64,000 nt of DNA from Klebsormidium nitens (taxonomy: Eukaryota > Plantae > Klebsormidiophyceae): contig DF237307.1 of the NCBI GenBank assembly GCA_000708835.1, forward strand, positions 32,120-96,119, given 5' to 3'. Positions within the stretch are counted from its first letter, which is position 1, and every line of letters starts with the position of its first letter. A program made the translations under genes and the position numbers. Under the pieces are notes generated by a model. The model saw only the letters and a list, made by a program, of their open reading frames with translations. It made no database searches and was not told the DNA's origin. Of this stretch, positions 46,720 through 61,400 are shown one piece after another.

Positions 46720-49700
46720 TCATCGACCGGCGGCCCCAAACGGGCTCGGCATCCCGGCTATGCTGTCGATGGTCGCTTGTGCCCAGTTGCGGTCCCCGGT
46801 GTTGGCGACGAAGTTGGCGAGCTGCAACAAGACGAGGCGGGGTCAGACAGTGGAGCGGGGGGTGATCACATCTTCCGGACACAAGCCACAGACAGCCCCC
46901 CTGCTGCCCCCACACCAGGAATCTCCTCTAGTATCCACGCCGTGGCTGCTCTGCTGCACGGAGCGCACGGAGCGGCGGGGGGCGGCTGTACCTTGGTGCG
47001 CAGCTGCCGCACGGAGCCGTCGGTGTCGGGGAGGCGGGCCAGCAGGGGCGGCAGCAGCCGCAGGGCGTCCTGCACAACGCACAGGGGACCACTTTAAGAG
47101 GGCAGGGGGCGGGGAAGAAAGCAGGACAGTACGGAGAGGGGGGAAGCAGCTCGCGCAGTGGGCAGTGGCCAGATTGTCGATCAGCTGAAAGAGCTCGTCT
47201 GGCTTGACACGTGGCCGGTCCTTGTGCCAGGCAGTGCGAGCCGCACAGCTGCTGGGCCCGTGCTGACGCAGGGACGTGCTGACTCTGCAGGGGGCGATGG
47301 GCCTGCCTAGCAGAGGGAATCCTCACTTGGCAGCAGGGGCCAAAGCGGGGTGGAGCGCTAACATCACTTTGCATGCTGCTGTAGATCCCTTTTTCTGTGT
47401 TAAGTCTGTTTGGGTGGCTGCCCTGCTTGCCACGTGCGCTGCGCCTACCTGCAGCCTGTCCTCCACACCGCGGGGCGCGCCGCGCAGGGCCTCGACGCTG
47501 TCGGCCACGGAGCGGTCGCCGAAGGGCAGGTACGGCAGCGAGGCCAGCTCCTGCAAGGAATGCGCACGGGGTCAGCACACACGGCGCGGCAGAGCCAGTA
47601 AGAGTGCGGGGCAGGCGGTGCTGACAGTGCAAGGAATAGCGGTTCCCTTTCGCTTCCACTGCGAGCGTAGCCAAACCAACAAGAAAGAGCACCAGTGTGT
47701 TTCAATGAGTGGGCTTAGCAGTCGCAAGATGCTCGAAGTTGTCGGTTGTCTGTGGAAAGCCTAAGTTTCCTTGTAAAAAGAAGAACTCGCATCCCCACTG
47801 TCGAACATCCCGTCCTCAGTATCTTTGCCCCGTCTTCTGTCCTCTTGCTGCAACCAAGAAGAGCGTGGCCAATCCAAGAATGCATACCCAAGCATGACCC
47901 ACAACATAAGCGTGGGAATCCGGCAGCTAAAGCAATCAGAGGCAGAGTCAACTGGAGTGAGAACATTGCAACTTTTCACAGCTACGGTTGGCATTCTCTG
48001 ACTAATCTTCGAAATCTTTGAAACTACACAGCCCCGTGGTGCGTCCCTACCCGGATGGCTTCGGCGGCCCGCCCTGCGGCGGCCAGTGCGCTGACGGTGC
48101 GCAGCGTGGCCAGGTCCTTGAAGGCGGCCTCCTGCCGCGCAAATTGGTCGCGTTCCTGGGGGCCCGCCCCCGTGCCAAACGCGCGCGCAGCCTCGATGAT
48201 CTCGGCACCGCGTCCTGCCAAGTTCGACGCGCGTGCATCCCCCCCTGCACCAGCCACTGCTGGCAGTCAGACCAGCAGTACTGCGACGCGCAGGCCGATC
48301 GGAAGCCCCCTTGTCAATCGGCATGTGTAAAAATTTCCACGAAGATGCAACAGTGATTGCAGTGCTCGACGATCGACATCGTGGCCTGGTGCCGCTGTCT
48401 CCCTCCTTGCTGCCCCGCCCCCGGCGCTCACCCTGCTCGCTCCGGCTCATGCTCTCCGATAGACGCCGATTCACGATCTCTAGGGCTGATGCGAACGCCT
48501 CCGCCCGCTTGAACAGCTCCGTAGCCTGCAGCGACCAGGTCGATGTGTCAGCCAGCACTCCAGTTTCTGCAACAGGGTAGAATCGGAGCACAAGATCATT
48601 CGTTCTGAAGCAGTCTCTGTGTGGACTTTGCATGTAGGAGAATCGAAGGCGCCGCAACCCTGCTTCAAGAGGGTTTGCCATGTTTCTGACTGCAGTCATT
48701 GCGATTCCGGTCCACGACTTGTCGACACGCACAGCCTGGCCTGGCTAGCACGGGCGGTGTGCTGGGTCGGATACCTCGTCGTACTGCGCGGTGTCGAGAC
48801 AGTCCCGGGCTGCGCTGAGCACCAGCTTGCGCTGCGCACCGGCATCCGGCACCAGCCGCCGCAGCACGCCCTCGCGCTGGCCCACGCCCCTGCACCCACG
48901 CGCCCAAGCACACTCAGAACCGCAGGCGGACAAGGGCAAAAGCCGGAAGACAGGACAGCCTCAGATTACCTATCCTCGCTGCGTCACCAGCGGCTGCGCT
49001 GCCTCCCTCAAGCCTTGAAACGCTGCTGATTTGCGGGGAACGATGTTCTTCATGACGTAAAGATCCCAGAAACATGGAGCGGAGGGGGTAATTCAACGCC
49101 TTGGTTAGGCAACCTAAGAGGTCTTCTAGAGCTCTCGGACAAGCATCAGGCAGCCAGGTCTTCACTCTGAGGTGGCCCGCTCGCGCTACGGACCGCGCTC
49201 CTCACCAGTTGCCCAGCAGCAGGTTCATCCCGGCGGGGGTGTGCAGCAGCTCGCGCAGGCACGACGTCAGCATCCGGTCCCGCGCCTGCGGGATCTCCGC
49301 CCCTCGACCGCCCCCTGCCAGTCCAAGTCGGCAATCGTGAGCGATGGGGCAGAAGTCAGGAACGGGCAGCCGGCGGATGGAAGCCAGGTCTCGAGTGGCC
49401 CAGCCGCAAGCCGGCTCTTCCAGAGCGGGGACAAGGAAAAACGGTTTTGGAGCGAAGCTAGAAACCTGTTGGTTAGGGCTTGTCGGGCAATCCTGTCAAC
49501 TTCTGGCCGTTAGACCCTCAGAGACACATCATTGAACGGCTTGAGAGGCATCTTCTCCCCCACGTTGAAAGATGGACCATAGCGGAACATTAGCCGTCCG
49601 ATGACTTTTCCTATGAAATCCGACGCTTCAAATCCATATCTTAAGTCGACTCCTGAGAATTTCTGCAGATCCGACAGGGGTCTAGCATCGCTTCTCTTCG

Positions 49701-52700
49701 GTACCACTCTCCTTGTCCCCGCTCTTCCAGCTGCAGCAGAACGCTCAGCCTTGCGGCGGGCCCTGCCATGAGCCGGTGTCAAGCTCGAGAGAAGGACCAT
49801 GCGTGAAGGGGACACATATAGCGCGGTCGTGAGCATCGGAGGGCCGTGCAGCCTGGTGCATGTTTTGGCACGGCACCCAAAGCGGGTTGGCGGGTCCATG
49901 CCAGGGGCTGACCTGCGGTGACTGCGGCTGCGACGTAGTACTCGAGGGCGGCGTCGGCCTGGCCCCGCTGCAGATACTGCCCCCCGTAGCTGCGGATCAG
50001 CGCCGCCACCTCCGCCACCGCATCGGAAGGACCGCCTGCGCGGGCCGGGGGACCAGACACCGCAGCCAGCGCACCCTGTGGGAAAACCGTCGCCACAAGA
50101 TGAGCCACCAGAAGACAGCTCGACAAACATACGAAGAAGAGCCAGGACTGCGGCAAAAGCGTCGAGGACAGCCATGCGTCAGCAGTAGGACAGGCACAGC
50201 GTGGCAGCCAAGGGGCAAGCTGGCCGGGCCGCCCTGCGTGCTAACCTGTGTGCCCAGCACGACGGCCAGGTGCAGCGCGTCGGTGCGGTAGGCCTGCGTG
50301 GCGGGGTCCTTGGAGAGGTGCAGCACCGCCTCCGACAGCTGAACGACAACAGCGGGAGAGGGGGCGACGGGCCGGGGTGAGGGCGAGAAGCAGCCAGCCA
50401 GCAGGTCAGCACGGCGAAGTCAGCAAGGGAAGCGACTCGACACCCACTCCCACCGTTCAACGCGAAAACTCTTTTCAAACGGAGGGGAACTGATCGACAC
50501 GAGTGTTGATGAAGTGGTCGACAGGCACATCGTGTCTGCACAGTTCCTCTGCTTTGTCCACGACTGAGCGACGGACCAGTGTCCCCGCCGTTTAAGGCGG
50601 GTGCCCCGTGGGTGGGGCGGGGTGGGCGTCACCTGCAGGCTGAGCGCGAGGACGTAGGGGTAGACGAGCGGCTCCTTGCCGTTCTTGGTGTAGTACGACG
50701 GCGGGTACTGCGCCAGGTACGCCTGCAGCTCCGCCAGCGACGCCGCCGCAGGGCCCGCGCCACCCGCCTCGCGCACCAGCGACAGCTTGAACCTGGGGCC
50801 AAGACGACGGGAAGAGTCAGCCGAGCGGCACGGGGGTGAAACGGCACGTCCAAAAGAACGGCCCCCGACGGGCCGCGCCCACGAGCGGCTGCCTGAAGCA
50901 GCTTTGCGCTTTCCTACCTCCGTACTGCACTGTGCATCGCTGACCGAGGCGAAGCGAGGGTCCATGGGGCCCTCGAAATCAGGTTCCTCCATCCGATACT
51001 ATTATCAACAACAGGCACACCACGTCGAGGGGGCAAGCTCTGCTCAAAGACGAAGCGGCAGCGCGGCCCACAGCTGGAGCGGTGGGCACACATTGGGCCC
51101 GGGGTCCTGACCACATGAAGTCCTCGATGGTGCTGAAGAGGACCGGCACGTCCCGCAGCAGGCGCTCTGCCGCGTCGCGGCTGCCCGCCACCAGCGCGTA
51201 CACCAGCATCTGCCGCTTGTCGTACCCGGGCCGCCCTGCACGCAGGACACAACGCATCCCTGAGACACAGGGGCGACAAGGCACAGGCACCGCGGCGAAC
51301 ATGTCAGCAGGCCTGCGCTTCCCGAAGGGATCGAGCATGCGGGAAGGGGAAGCCCAATCTGATCCCATTTCCACACAGCAGTCGAGTACTCTGCAATCTG
51401 CACTAAAGGCCTGACAGGACAGCGGGTGTGAGGAGCAACCTTCACAGGCGCAAGCGTGAGATGAGAACAGTGTCTCCCCCGGTACCCACTCCTGGGCGCA
51501 GGCCTCACCTTGGCGGCCGACCTCGCGGGCCATTCGAGCGCAGTCTTCCGTGAGCCTGGCAGCCGTTGCGTCAGAGACGCAGCCCCCCTGCTCCACCCAC
51601 TCCTCCAGCTGCACCGCCAGGACGGCTCGATGAGGCGCACACGGCGATGCCAGCGCGGCAAGAGGCTGGCAGGGATGCATGAGGCCGAGGCAGGCGTGGG
51701 GCGGAAGAAAACAAGGATAGGTGAACACCATCGACAGAAGCCGGATGTATGCATTACCTTGGGCGCAAAGTCCTTGCTCAAGGGTGAGCTGCGCGCCACG
51801 GTCTTGGCCTCCTCGTAGAAGCCGGAGCGCAGACAGAAGTAGATCTGCACATCGAACAGACGGAAGTCACCACCCGGGCCGAGGATGGTCAGCCAGCGTC
51901 ACGCGTGGAAGCAAGCCCACGAAGACTCTCCCTGCCATTTAAGAAACAACTTACAGCAACGTCCTATAGGAAGAACGTGCCACTTGTTTCTCTCCTGACT
52001 TGCCATTTGTTCAGAGCAAGGGACGGATAGCCAGCCGAGAACGAGCCTCTCTCAGGAGTGAGGCACTCTTGTCCCTGCCAGGATGCCCGCCGCCCATCTC
52101 GACTCAACACCAAAGTTGGAGAGCCTCCCTGCGCCTTACTTGTTGCCATGTGGTGTCGATGCCTGGGCGGGCTCCTGCGGCGTGGCGGTCAAAGTCGAGG
52201 TCGCCCTGGCCGCGCAGGCGCACGCGCAGGAAGGCGTGCACGCGGGGCAGCCGCCCGGGGGAGCCGCCCAGCGCCGCCTGTGCGGGGTGGCTGTGGATGA
52301 CGTCCAGCAGGTACTGCGCATGGCCCGCCTCCAGGTGTGCCCGCGCCCCCGCCAGCATGCCCGCCACGCCCAAGGAGCGCCCGCGGGGCGTGGCGCCGTC
52401 CTCCCCCAAAAGGGACTGCGCCAAGGAAGAGCAGCCCTGGTTTCAGGTGTGCGGGGGCCTCTGAAGTCCAACTGACCCAACAACATGGACGTCTTGAGGG
52501 GCGATTACATACTCTGCAGGGACACTTTCGCATAAAAACGGACCTTCGAACTGATGTCTTGCCACGGCGGTCTAGGTACCCGTTTCAGCGCTGTATTTGG
52601 CCCCGTTGGAGGACTCGGGCGTTGTCTTATGAAGGCTCCAGCTCGCATGATGACCTCTGAGCCTTACAGGCGTTTCCCTGTCACTTTGGGAAGCAGGCCC

Positions 52701-54290
52701 AGCAGATCCCCTTGCACAGGCAGGGGAATGGAGGGAATGAAACAGCCAAGAAGGGGCGCCTCACTTGCACGAGCTGCCAGATGCGCAGCATGTCCACCGA
52801 GCGCCCGTGCCGCTCGTTCCCCGCGGCATTCTGGAATGCGTCTTTGAACAGGGTCGCCGCGCGCACCTCCTGCCCGCCATCCCGCGCCACATTCAGCTGG
52901 TGCACTGCGGAGGCGTACGCGGCTGCCGCCTTCTCTGCCAGCGACGCGCAGGCCCCGGAAGGCCCCACTGCAGCCAGCGCAAGGGGCCCGCCTGCGGAAG
53001 GCCGCCCGGCGGCCGGGTCTGGCGGCAGAGGGCCAGTTGGGAGTCACGCAACAGGAATGGGGTCATGGCTTCACAATGCTTCACAACCACGGGAGCAGGC
53101 CAGAAACAACGTTGTTCAGTCACAGTCTCTGTCAATATATACCAAGGGCGATACACCCACCCCCGACAAACAGCCTGTGGTCACATGGTTAGTGGGTCCA
53201 GCCTTCCCACCTGCATACGGCCTGTCAGAGAGCAGGGCTGCGCTGGACGTAGGCGGGAGGGGAGCAATGGCGGGGGCTCGGGACAGGCTCTGCAGGAAGT
53301 CCTGCTTCTGTTTCTTCCAGGCGGCCTGCAGAGGGACAGGGGAAGCCTGCCTTTCTACCAAGGAGCCGAGTGGGCAACACCAACGTGCGAGTTGGGGCTA
53401 CAGCCTGTGGGCTGGCGATCAGTGTACAAGGTGCTTAGTAAACCTCCGCCCCCCAATGGTCATGTATACATGAGTTGCGCGAAAGATTCTGACATGTGGA
53501 TGTAGAGGCAGTGCAGGACACGCAGGCCAGCGACCCGCTGCAGGCCATCAGTTTTGCTCCAGACTCTATTCTCGACTTTGCACCTGCGACGCCTGAAACA
53601 TGAAGTCATCGAAGCTGCTGAGTCCCTCCTGCTGCGCTTCCTGAATGGCGGCTAGGACCGTCATCTCATGCACGTGTTGCAGGTACTCTTCCACACTGGT
53701 GGCGTCGACCGGGAACACATCCTCAAACGTGGTCTTGAGCTCAAACGAACGCAGGTCCTGCGTCAGGCGGTCAGCGTCGATGCCCTCCCGGGCCAGCAGC
53801 CTGCAGCCATCCACGCAGCGGCTGATGCTCACATGTCCACACAACCGCAACTAGCTGCGCCTTGGTCAGGTGCTGGCTCAATGCCGTATACGAAGCCACC
53901 ACATCAGCAAGCTTTACCGTGGCCACAAATGCAGGTGTTCTCCTTAAATGAAGAAGACGACTCTAAACCCGGGGAGATGTTGGAAAGCGCCTTCAATGTC
54001 AATTCCCGCCACTGCAAGAAGGTTGACTGAGAAGCAAGAAGATGCTCCCTGCCTTGCCGCCACCCTCCAGCTGCAGCATGCCCCCATCTGCGCAGGCCTC
54101 ACCTGGTCGCTGCTGTCTCCTCGCGCGTGCTGTCATAACGGGCCACTCTTGCTTTCAGCTGCCGTGACAGCTGCTCTAGCTGATCCAAGTTCCTCTCGAG
54201 AGATGGGAACTGCGTGTCCACCCCAGGGCCGTCTGCTACCAGCCGAGTGCTTTCGTGCAGCAGGTCGTCCCATCTTCGATTGCCCTCCAT
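46720..54290 (-). CDS. NUP93: Nuclear pore protein NUP93/NIC96 (multi-exon; internal exon borders only partly resolved)
   Basis: The N-terminus WDDLLHESTRL...QFPSLERNLDQLEQLSRQLKA...AATR|LLAREGIDADRLTQDLRSFELKTTFEDVFP...SVEEYLQHVHEM and WKKQKQDFLQSLSR, QIYFCLRSGF, KEPLVYPYVL, RTDALHLAV and LPDTDGSVRQLRTK|LANFVAN...RNW match plant NUP93. Confidence 0.93.
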
Positions 54291-55222
54291 CACAGCATGC
54301 AAGGGTGCCACTCACAAGTTACCCAGGAGCCTCCACACTGACGTGATTCGACAGTCCTGCATCTCGCAAAATACAATGATCCGTGGCGCCTCAAACATTT
54401 TAGTGGAACAAATGCAGTTGGAGGGCTTCAGCTTCAAACTTCAAAGCTCCTTCACAACCTCTCTTCAACTTCAATCTTCAGATGAGGAAGGAGACTGGAG
54501 TCTCTCTTCAAGTTCAACTTCAATTGATGCTTGCGGTTCAACTTCAGTTGTTCCGCGTTGTGCCTCGTGGTTTCATGAGTGCGCTCAGCAACAGCAGAAT
54601 TCCACTTTTGGAAGTGGTGCAAGCCCAGTTCTAGATTGCTGGTGACACTCAAGAGAATCTGTAATATCACCTAGAACTGGGCTGCTGCTTGCATCTGTGT
54701 TCAACAGGACTGAACAATGCCTGATTCCGCATGATGCCAGGCCAGCTGGACAAAGGGGGGGCAAATGGTCTACCTCACCACTGGTGCCACCAGCAGGTGG
54801 GGCATGGACCACGATAAGAGGCCCGACGCAAACGCTGAAAGGTTGATGATATGCTGCGCACATACTAGCTGTAAGGATCAGCGCGGTCAGCCATTGGCAA
54901 TTGGCGTTTTCCCACTATCGTACCCAGTGTCAAAGCAGTCTGCCAGCAGGCCTTTGCCATTGGATATGTGCCAGCCCTGACGCCAGCGAACAATGCACTT
55001 GAAGAAGCAAAGAGCTGCGTCGCCCAGCACCTAGTGTTCCCTGTGAAGCCACATTGACACCTGGCCACAGATTGCCACAATTGGTCAGTGCAGTTGGCAT
55101 CAGCTGCAGCCCAGGTTCCGAGTTGACAGCAGGTTGACAGCAGCCAAGCCTGAGCCCTTGCAAAAGATAGCTTTGCAGTCTGCATCGTTTCAGGCTTCCT
55201 GTCTTCAAGCAAAGGTGCTCTC

Positions 55223-57189
55223 ATGGCAACCACATCACAGCATCCCCTGCGTCCATTGTTCCTCAAGGCAGGCGGATGCAGGCTGGCCAAGGCTGCTAAT
55301 TGGAGCTCTGGCAAAACCAGTCCAGCTGCTTATCAGCTGGTGCACCCAGTCAACACTCAGCATTTTCCTTCCTTTCGTCCAAGTCCGGTCCCTTCTCCTC
55401 AGCTCGGGGTCTCTGTGAAAGGACATAGAGCTCATAGTTGTTCAGTATTGTTTCTTACTCCTGGATCCTCGCGCTCTACGGGCCAGCATCGTCTGCCTTC
55501 CTGCACGGCGGAGGGCATCAGGGACCGAAACACGGCCAGCGAACCAGAGCCTCAGTCCATATTGAACCTGCCAACATGCCTGACCCTGGCAAGGGTACTT
55601 GCGGTACCCCTGCTAGCCGCTGGTGGGTGGAAAGGACCTGGACATGCTCAGAAAGAAAGAGTGCTAGACACCACCTTGACATCAATGCCAGCTGAGAGCC
55701 ACGCGGATTAGTGCAGCATCAGAGGTCTGCTCCCCACTGATTGGAGATATACGAACTGTGAATCGCCGCGGAGTTCGACACCCTAAAGCAACATCCTAAC
55801 AGCATCCCTTGCCTTACTTGCAGCATTCTACTCTTCCCACTCCTGGGCCACACCTCTCGTGCGTTCCAGCATCTTTGTTGCTGCCGCTCTGACAGATTGG
55901 CTCGATGGGTACCTAGCTCGCAAGGTGGGCCAACCTGTTTTACTATGCTTTCCTCATTGTGGCTCTTGTGCTCCCACAGCAGAGAATCCAGGTCGTGTAA
56001 AAAGCTTCATGCTGTAAGTATTATGCAAGTCTTGAAGCTTGGCGATCGAGGCTGCAGTCTAGTTCCTTGAAGATCCACACCTTTCAAATCTGCCGACAGA
56101 TGGAGAACGTTCTCTATTGCAGATGAACACTACATCTGAATTTGGCGCCTTCCTAGACCCGGTGGCTGACAAAGTGAGACGAACTGAACATGACAAAAGC
56201 CCCAAAACCTCTGATTGAGCCGAATGACACTCCAGGTTTTTGAGATTCTTCCACTTGCGATCGGTCATTGTCGAGAGCTTACGAATGCGCCAGATGCTCC
56301 ATCAGCCTGAGTGCGGGCATGATGCTGAACTCTGTGCGGGTGCAGCTGATGGTGGCCGCAGCCCTGGTCTTGCTGTGTTCCCGGCCAGCCACGGTGATCA
56401 CAGGTCCTGCCTGGATACTCACGCTGCCTGCGATCGCAATCATCGGAAGAGAGGTATGTGTTCCTCGTCATGATTCACGAGGGATACCGGAACTTGCCTT
56501 GTCACATCTATGATATGTTGGACTGACAGTGGGGTTCGATTTGAAGGTAGTGTCAACTGCTTTGGGAATCTGGACAATGCAATGGGTATTGGAGCGTTGA
56601 AATCTTGTTGCCTGAAGTGACTAGAGCGCATCAGATGTGGACTTTCTTTCTGCCTCAAATTCTGAAGTAGGACGACTTGTTGCTTCATCCAATATCTTCG
56701 TCAGCCTCCCTGACCATCTGTCGATCAGTGGGCAAGAGCAGAAGCTGGGCCCTCCAATTACCTAGTTGTGGCCACCAAAGGGCTCAAAAGTCACTCTTCG
56801 GCTTGCTCGATTTTGGACGAGGCTGCCACAGTTGGCAGATGTTGCAGAGACTTTCAATGAAGCTCTCGGTGTCAAGCTTCTTGTCTTTCTTGTCACGAGT
56901 TTTATGCTCGAATTTACTGTTCATGCAGATTACAATGTCTGCCCTTCGAGAGTGGGCCGCGTCACAAGCAGGAGACGTGCACAAAGCCGTTGCAGTGAAT
57001 GCTCTTGGTAAATGGAAAACAGCATCGCAAATGGTGGCCCTTACCATTCTCTTAGGTCTTAGCGAGGAGTTGCCATCTTATGTAGCCCTCCTTGGTGTTT
57101 CGCTTTTATACATTGCTGCAGCGCTAGCTCTCCTCTCGCTAGGAATCTATTTCAAAGGGATGTGGTTTGCTTTCTCAAGATGTAGATGA
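55223..57189 (+). CDS. PGPS: CDP-diacylglycerol:glycerol-3-phosphate phosphatidyltransferase (PGP synthase). Exons 55223-55622, 55824-55924, 56123-56173, 56346-56453, 56929-57189
   Basis: Contains LNLPTCLTLARV, the CDP-alcohol phosphotransferase motif TDWLDGYLARK|MNTTSEFGAFLDPVADK, IIGREITMSALREWAA and GKWKTASQM, with an organellar presequence. Confidence 0.93.
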
Positions 57190-58006
57190 GACTCCTATAG
57201 CGGCTTCAGCAACTTGTGCTGATTGTGTTCAAGTTCGTCTTTCCACGTAGCCGAATGTTATCAAAACGTCGATTCACCACACATGCAGCAAGAATTGAAT
57301 CTTATTAGAATGACATGCGTCGCATATTGGCTTGCCTCTTTTTTACGTAGTAAAACGGCAAGTTGTAGTTTTACTGTAAAATCCGGGCTGTACGACGTGG
57401 CAATCAGCTGCTAGGGTGGCCAGTATGAGGAGTTTGTCAGAAGTTGATTGCCCCGTGTTCGACAACAAAACGTACAGTGATTCTGGAAATTGGGCCATGC
57501 ATACCAGCCACAGCGCCGCTTTTCAGCTTCTGGACTGCCCCGCAGAGCGACGCAGATTTGATGTTTCAAGTTTCTCGTCGAAGGGCCTGCATTTTGATAG
57601 GGCTACGTTACCTCAAAAAATTGATTGATTGATTGACCACTGGTAACGTACCTCGTATAGGCAGTGATTGATATACGATTTTAGTATACGATCTCATTGA
57701 TCGAGAGATCTCCAAATATACTGTTTGAACCAATTTCCTCTCGAACACATCGCCATAAAAACATTATCAAAATTCCTGCCTATTACTCGCGCGGCATAAG
57801 AGGCAAGCCCCGGCCCGCCCCTTATGGGCGGTCCGCCATGTACCGTCGCGACATGACGATTCGCCGAGCTTCAATCAATTGTTGGAAGCACGCGCTTAAC
57901 ACGTACGCTCATTGTGTTCCGCATGCGCTGGATCGCAATCTGGCATTGCTAGAACGCGTCAGATTCTAGCTCATGGTCTAATGAACAATTCAACACGTGC
58001 ACCTAT

Positions 58007-58080
58007 CATCCACTGCCCGCGTTATAGAGTTGCATGCCGCATGACATCCACTGCCCGGGTTATATAGAATTTCCGCATGA
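58007..58080. repeat. Imperfect tandem duplication, about 37-bp unit x2
   Basis: catccactgcccg(c/g)gttata...ccgcatga occurs at 58007 and 58045. Confidence 0.8.
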
Positions 58081-58458
58081 CACTGACGTAGGCATCTCTC
58101 AGGCAATCTCTGCAGCCTTTGTGATCGTCACACGTGCGTCATCTCAAATGTCAGCCATGGCCACTCATCCACATGCGATGTTATGTAAGTACATATGGTA
58201 TGTTACTGAGCAAAATGCGTTTACAGACATTAGGATTGAACGCATGCTCGATCATTAGATTACTGCTGTACATCTATTCAAACTGTGCGGCATTGTCGCG
58301 ATACCGGAGAGACTATCGTACCGACTGACTTAGCAGATATTTGTCAGTGCCAAAGGTTGCATTGCAAGAAGCGCAACCAAGATAGGTGTGCCGTTGACAA
58401 CCGCCTTGCGTAAATGCAACCGCAGCAACAAACGTTGTCGAGTCAGATTAACGGGACG

Positions 58459-61400
58459 TTACTTCGATTGCACAACCTCAATCATGTCATCGTCCTCTAG
58501 TCCGAGGTCTTCTGGCGTAGACTTGCCGTCGATTGGATCCCCATCGAAAACAAAGCTGAAGGCCGCGCCTGCTGGGCTTGCCCCCGGGTGTACCTTCTTG
58601 ACATACGCCCGGAACAGCTTCTCTAAGGGGTCGCCCTGCAAAACGGGGAGGCTGCCCGTTAGCCGCCGACTTGCAAAGCGACGGCCCCTCCTGTGTCGTG
58701 AGTGGTCCTCATGAGCGAGTGCGGGCACAGGTACTGGATGCCGTGCCAATAAGCGGGGGTCGGCTCATGTTCGACTGCTGTTGCGAGCTCTGCAGTGCCA
58801 GAGGTCTAGTGCGCCTGCCCTTGATCGCTGACAGGTGAACCAGCGCATTAAAAGTTGCGAGCGGATCGTGCTAATGTTACGGGCCACTTACGCATCGCAC
58901 TTTGAAGCGCTCCTGCGAGCCGTCGCTGGCCCGGACCTTGACCAGGACACTCTGCGCGCCGCCGCCCTGCTCGCGCGCGGCCCCACCCGCCACCCCCTCC
59001 TCGTCGTCGCTCTCGTTGGGAGCCGCCTTCGCTCGTAGCACTGCCGCCTGTAGCAGCCGCACACCCAGCCCACCGCAATGAAGAGGGAAGCCCAGACAGT
59101 GTCCATAAAGCGCCAGAGCACCACGGTACCAACCGACCTTGAAACACAAACCGATTCCTGAAGTTGTTTTCGAATCAGCATGACGAGCCAACAGCACGGG
59201 TGCCATTTCTAAATACACGAACTCCAGCAATTGCCCCCTGGCCCGACGGGCATTCGGTGGGCCTGCCCGAACCAGCACTGGCCAAACCGTGGAAGAAGGG
59301 CGATGATGAATGCCATGAGCACGGTAGGCTGCTGTAAGAAACGAGCTTGAGCGTTGGCAATCCATCCGTTCAGCATGTGAGACACGCAGCTGCGAATCCC
59401 TCGCAGGGTGAGAGCCGTGCCAGCATGGCCGCCGGCGTACCTGCGCTTCCCTCTGCGCAGCGTCTCTCTGGAGCTCCCTCTCGAGGGCCTCCGCTGTCGA
59501 CTGCGCCTGGATGCGGTCCGGGGCCAGGCTGGCCCCCCGCGCCAGGGCCAGCAGCTCCGCGCGCTGCTGCCTGCACCGCGCCACGCACACGCGCCCGCTC
59601 ACGACCAGGCCATGGCAGCTCCGGCACAACGCCGGCACTCCTTCGGCCTCACATCTGTTTCCCGCAACAGGTCGAAACACACAGGGGACAGCCGATGGAC
59701 AAGCACGGGCGCCTTTGGTGGCGGCCCTCTGCAGGCCCTGCACCGACGCCTCCTGCCGGGCTGTCGCTGCCCTGTGTGAAGCGTCCCCTGCTGCAGAGTA
59801 CTGCTGATCTCACCTCAGCCGGAGCAGGGTGGCGCTCTCTGGGACTGCGCAGTTCCTGGCTCCACGCACTGTCAACTCTGGTGAAGGCGGCTTGAGCCAG
59901 CTAGTATCGTGGGTGCCGCCGCTGCGCCGCGCCGGTGTGCCATGCACGCTGCCGTCCGGGCTGCTGCCAGCAGGGGAGGCCGACGTGTCCAGCCGACCCC
60001 CGCGATGAGATGGCCGCACCGCAGCCTGCAGCACCGAGGCACACGGGGCAGGTCATGACGGGCGGGCAGCCACCAGGCGGGACCAGACACCCAGGGCGCA
60101 GCGACGAGAACGCCGCAAAGAGCAGGAGATCGGGAGTGCGAGGCAGCATGCAGCAGTCGAGATGCCTGTGGCAGAGAAGGCAGCGCGCCCCACCTTTTTC
60201 CCCTTGCGGCCACGTGGGGCCAGAATGTCAAAGCCATCGCTGTCGGAGTCAGAGGCGTCATCATTGCCAGCTGCATCCAGCGCGGACACAGTCAGTCCGC
60301 ACGCAGGCCGCACGGAGGCTGAGCAGCAGGTAGCAGGACGAAGGGAGGCAGATGGATTAAGAACAGGCTGCCGGGCGGCTGCCGGGCCGCATGTAAGCTG
60401 CCTGGCAAGGACAGGGGAAGCGGGCAGGGGATGCGGAGCCCTGAAAGAAGGGACGCCATGCAAGCTGAGTCGATATAGTGCATGGCCAGGCCCAGGTGGG
60501 CGTTGTTCCAGATGGCGTTGAGCCCCCCCCAGAGGCCCTCAGGGTCCTCTGCTGGTACGCAGGGCCCACCCCGTTATGGCCCTGCAGGTGGGGCTTCCAC
60601 GGAGCCGAGGCCTGCCCTGGTGGGGGCCGACTGAGTGTTACAGAGCCGTACAGACGCGGCCAGCCTGCCCAGCCCCTGCTCTGGGGCAGCCCAGATGGCA
60701 GCTCACCTGAGAAGTCGGGACGGGGCGGGGTGGCCTCTCTCTGGAAGAGGGGCTGAAACACATCCGGTACAGGGCCCTGCAGAACGGGGCATGCAACTTG
60801 AGAAGAGAGCCCCAGAAAATCCCCACCAGATCGACCTTGCTCCAAGCCTGGTCTCAGCAGAAGAGTATGGCCGCCAAGGTGGAAGCAAACGCAGCGCATG
60901 AGATGCGACGGGGGTGGCCGCTCGCCCGCTGCGACCAATGCAAGCATGGACAGCAATCGCCGAGAGTGGCGCAGGAGAGGCGGCGTACCGCGCCAGTGGA
61001 GGGGCTGGCGGAAGGGCCCACAGGCAGCGGGGAGGCAGGCTGCTCGCCGGGTGCACCCAACCTGCCCCGCACGACGACAGGGTGAGACAGCGATGGCCTC
61101 TGCTGAAAGCATGCCTAAGCACATATGACCGCTTGCTGCGCCGCATCAGCTGGCAGCCTAAGGGGCATGTAGCTGCACGTCAAACAGCCCAGTGAGATGA
61201 CCCACCTCGCTGCGTGCTGGGCTTCATGTGAAGTGCTCTGCGCTGCTTGCCGGGAGATAGGATTTGCACTGCGTGGAGGCGTCGATGCGGGCAGTGATGG
61301 CGGTGAAGCCACTGGTGCTGGAGCCTCTGTTGCCACGGGCACTGCAGAGGCAGGCGCCGGGGGAATGGGCCCCGGGGAGGATGTGCGGGCGGGGGGGTCA

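Noticed and set aside
48767-48774. Possible U12-type donor (GTATCC) in NUP93
   Set aside because: It continues GA rather than TT(T), so it does not meet the RTATCCTT consensus.
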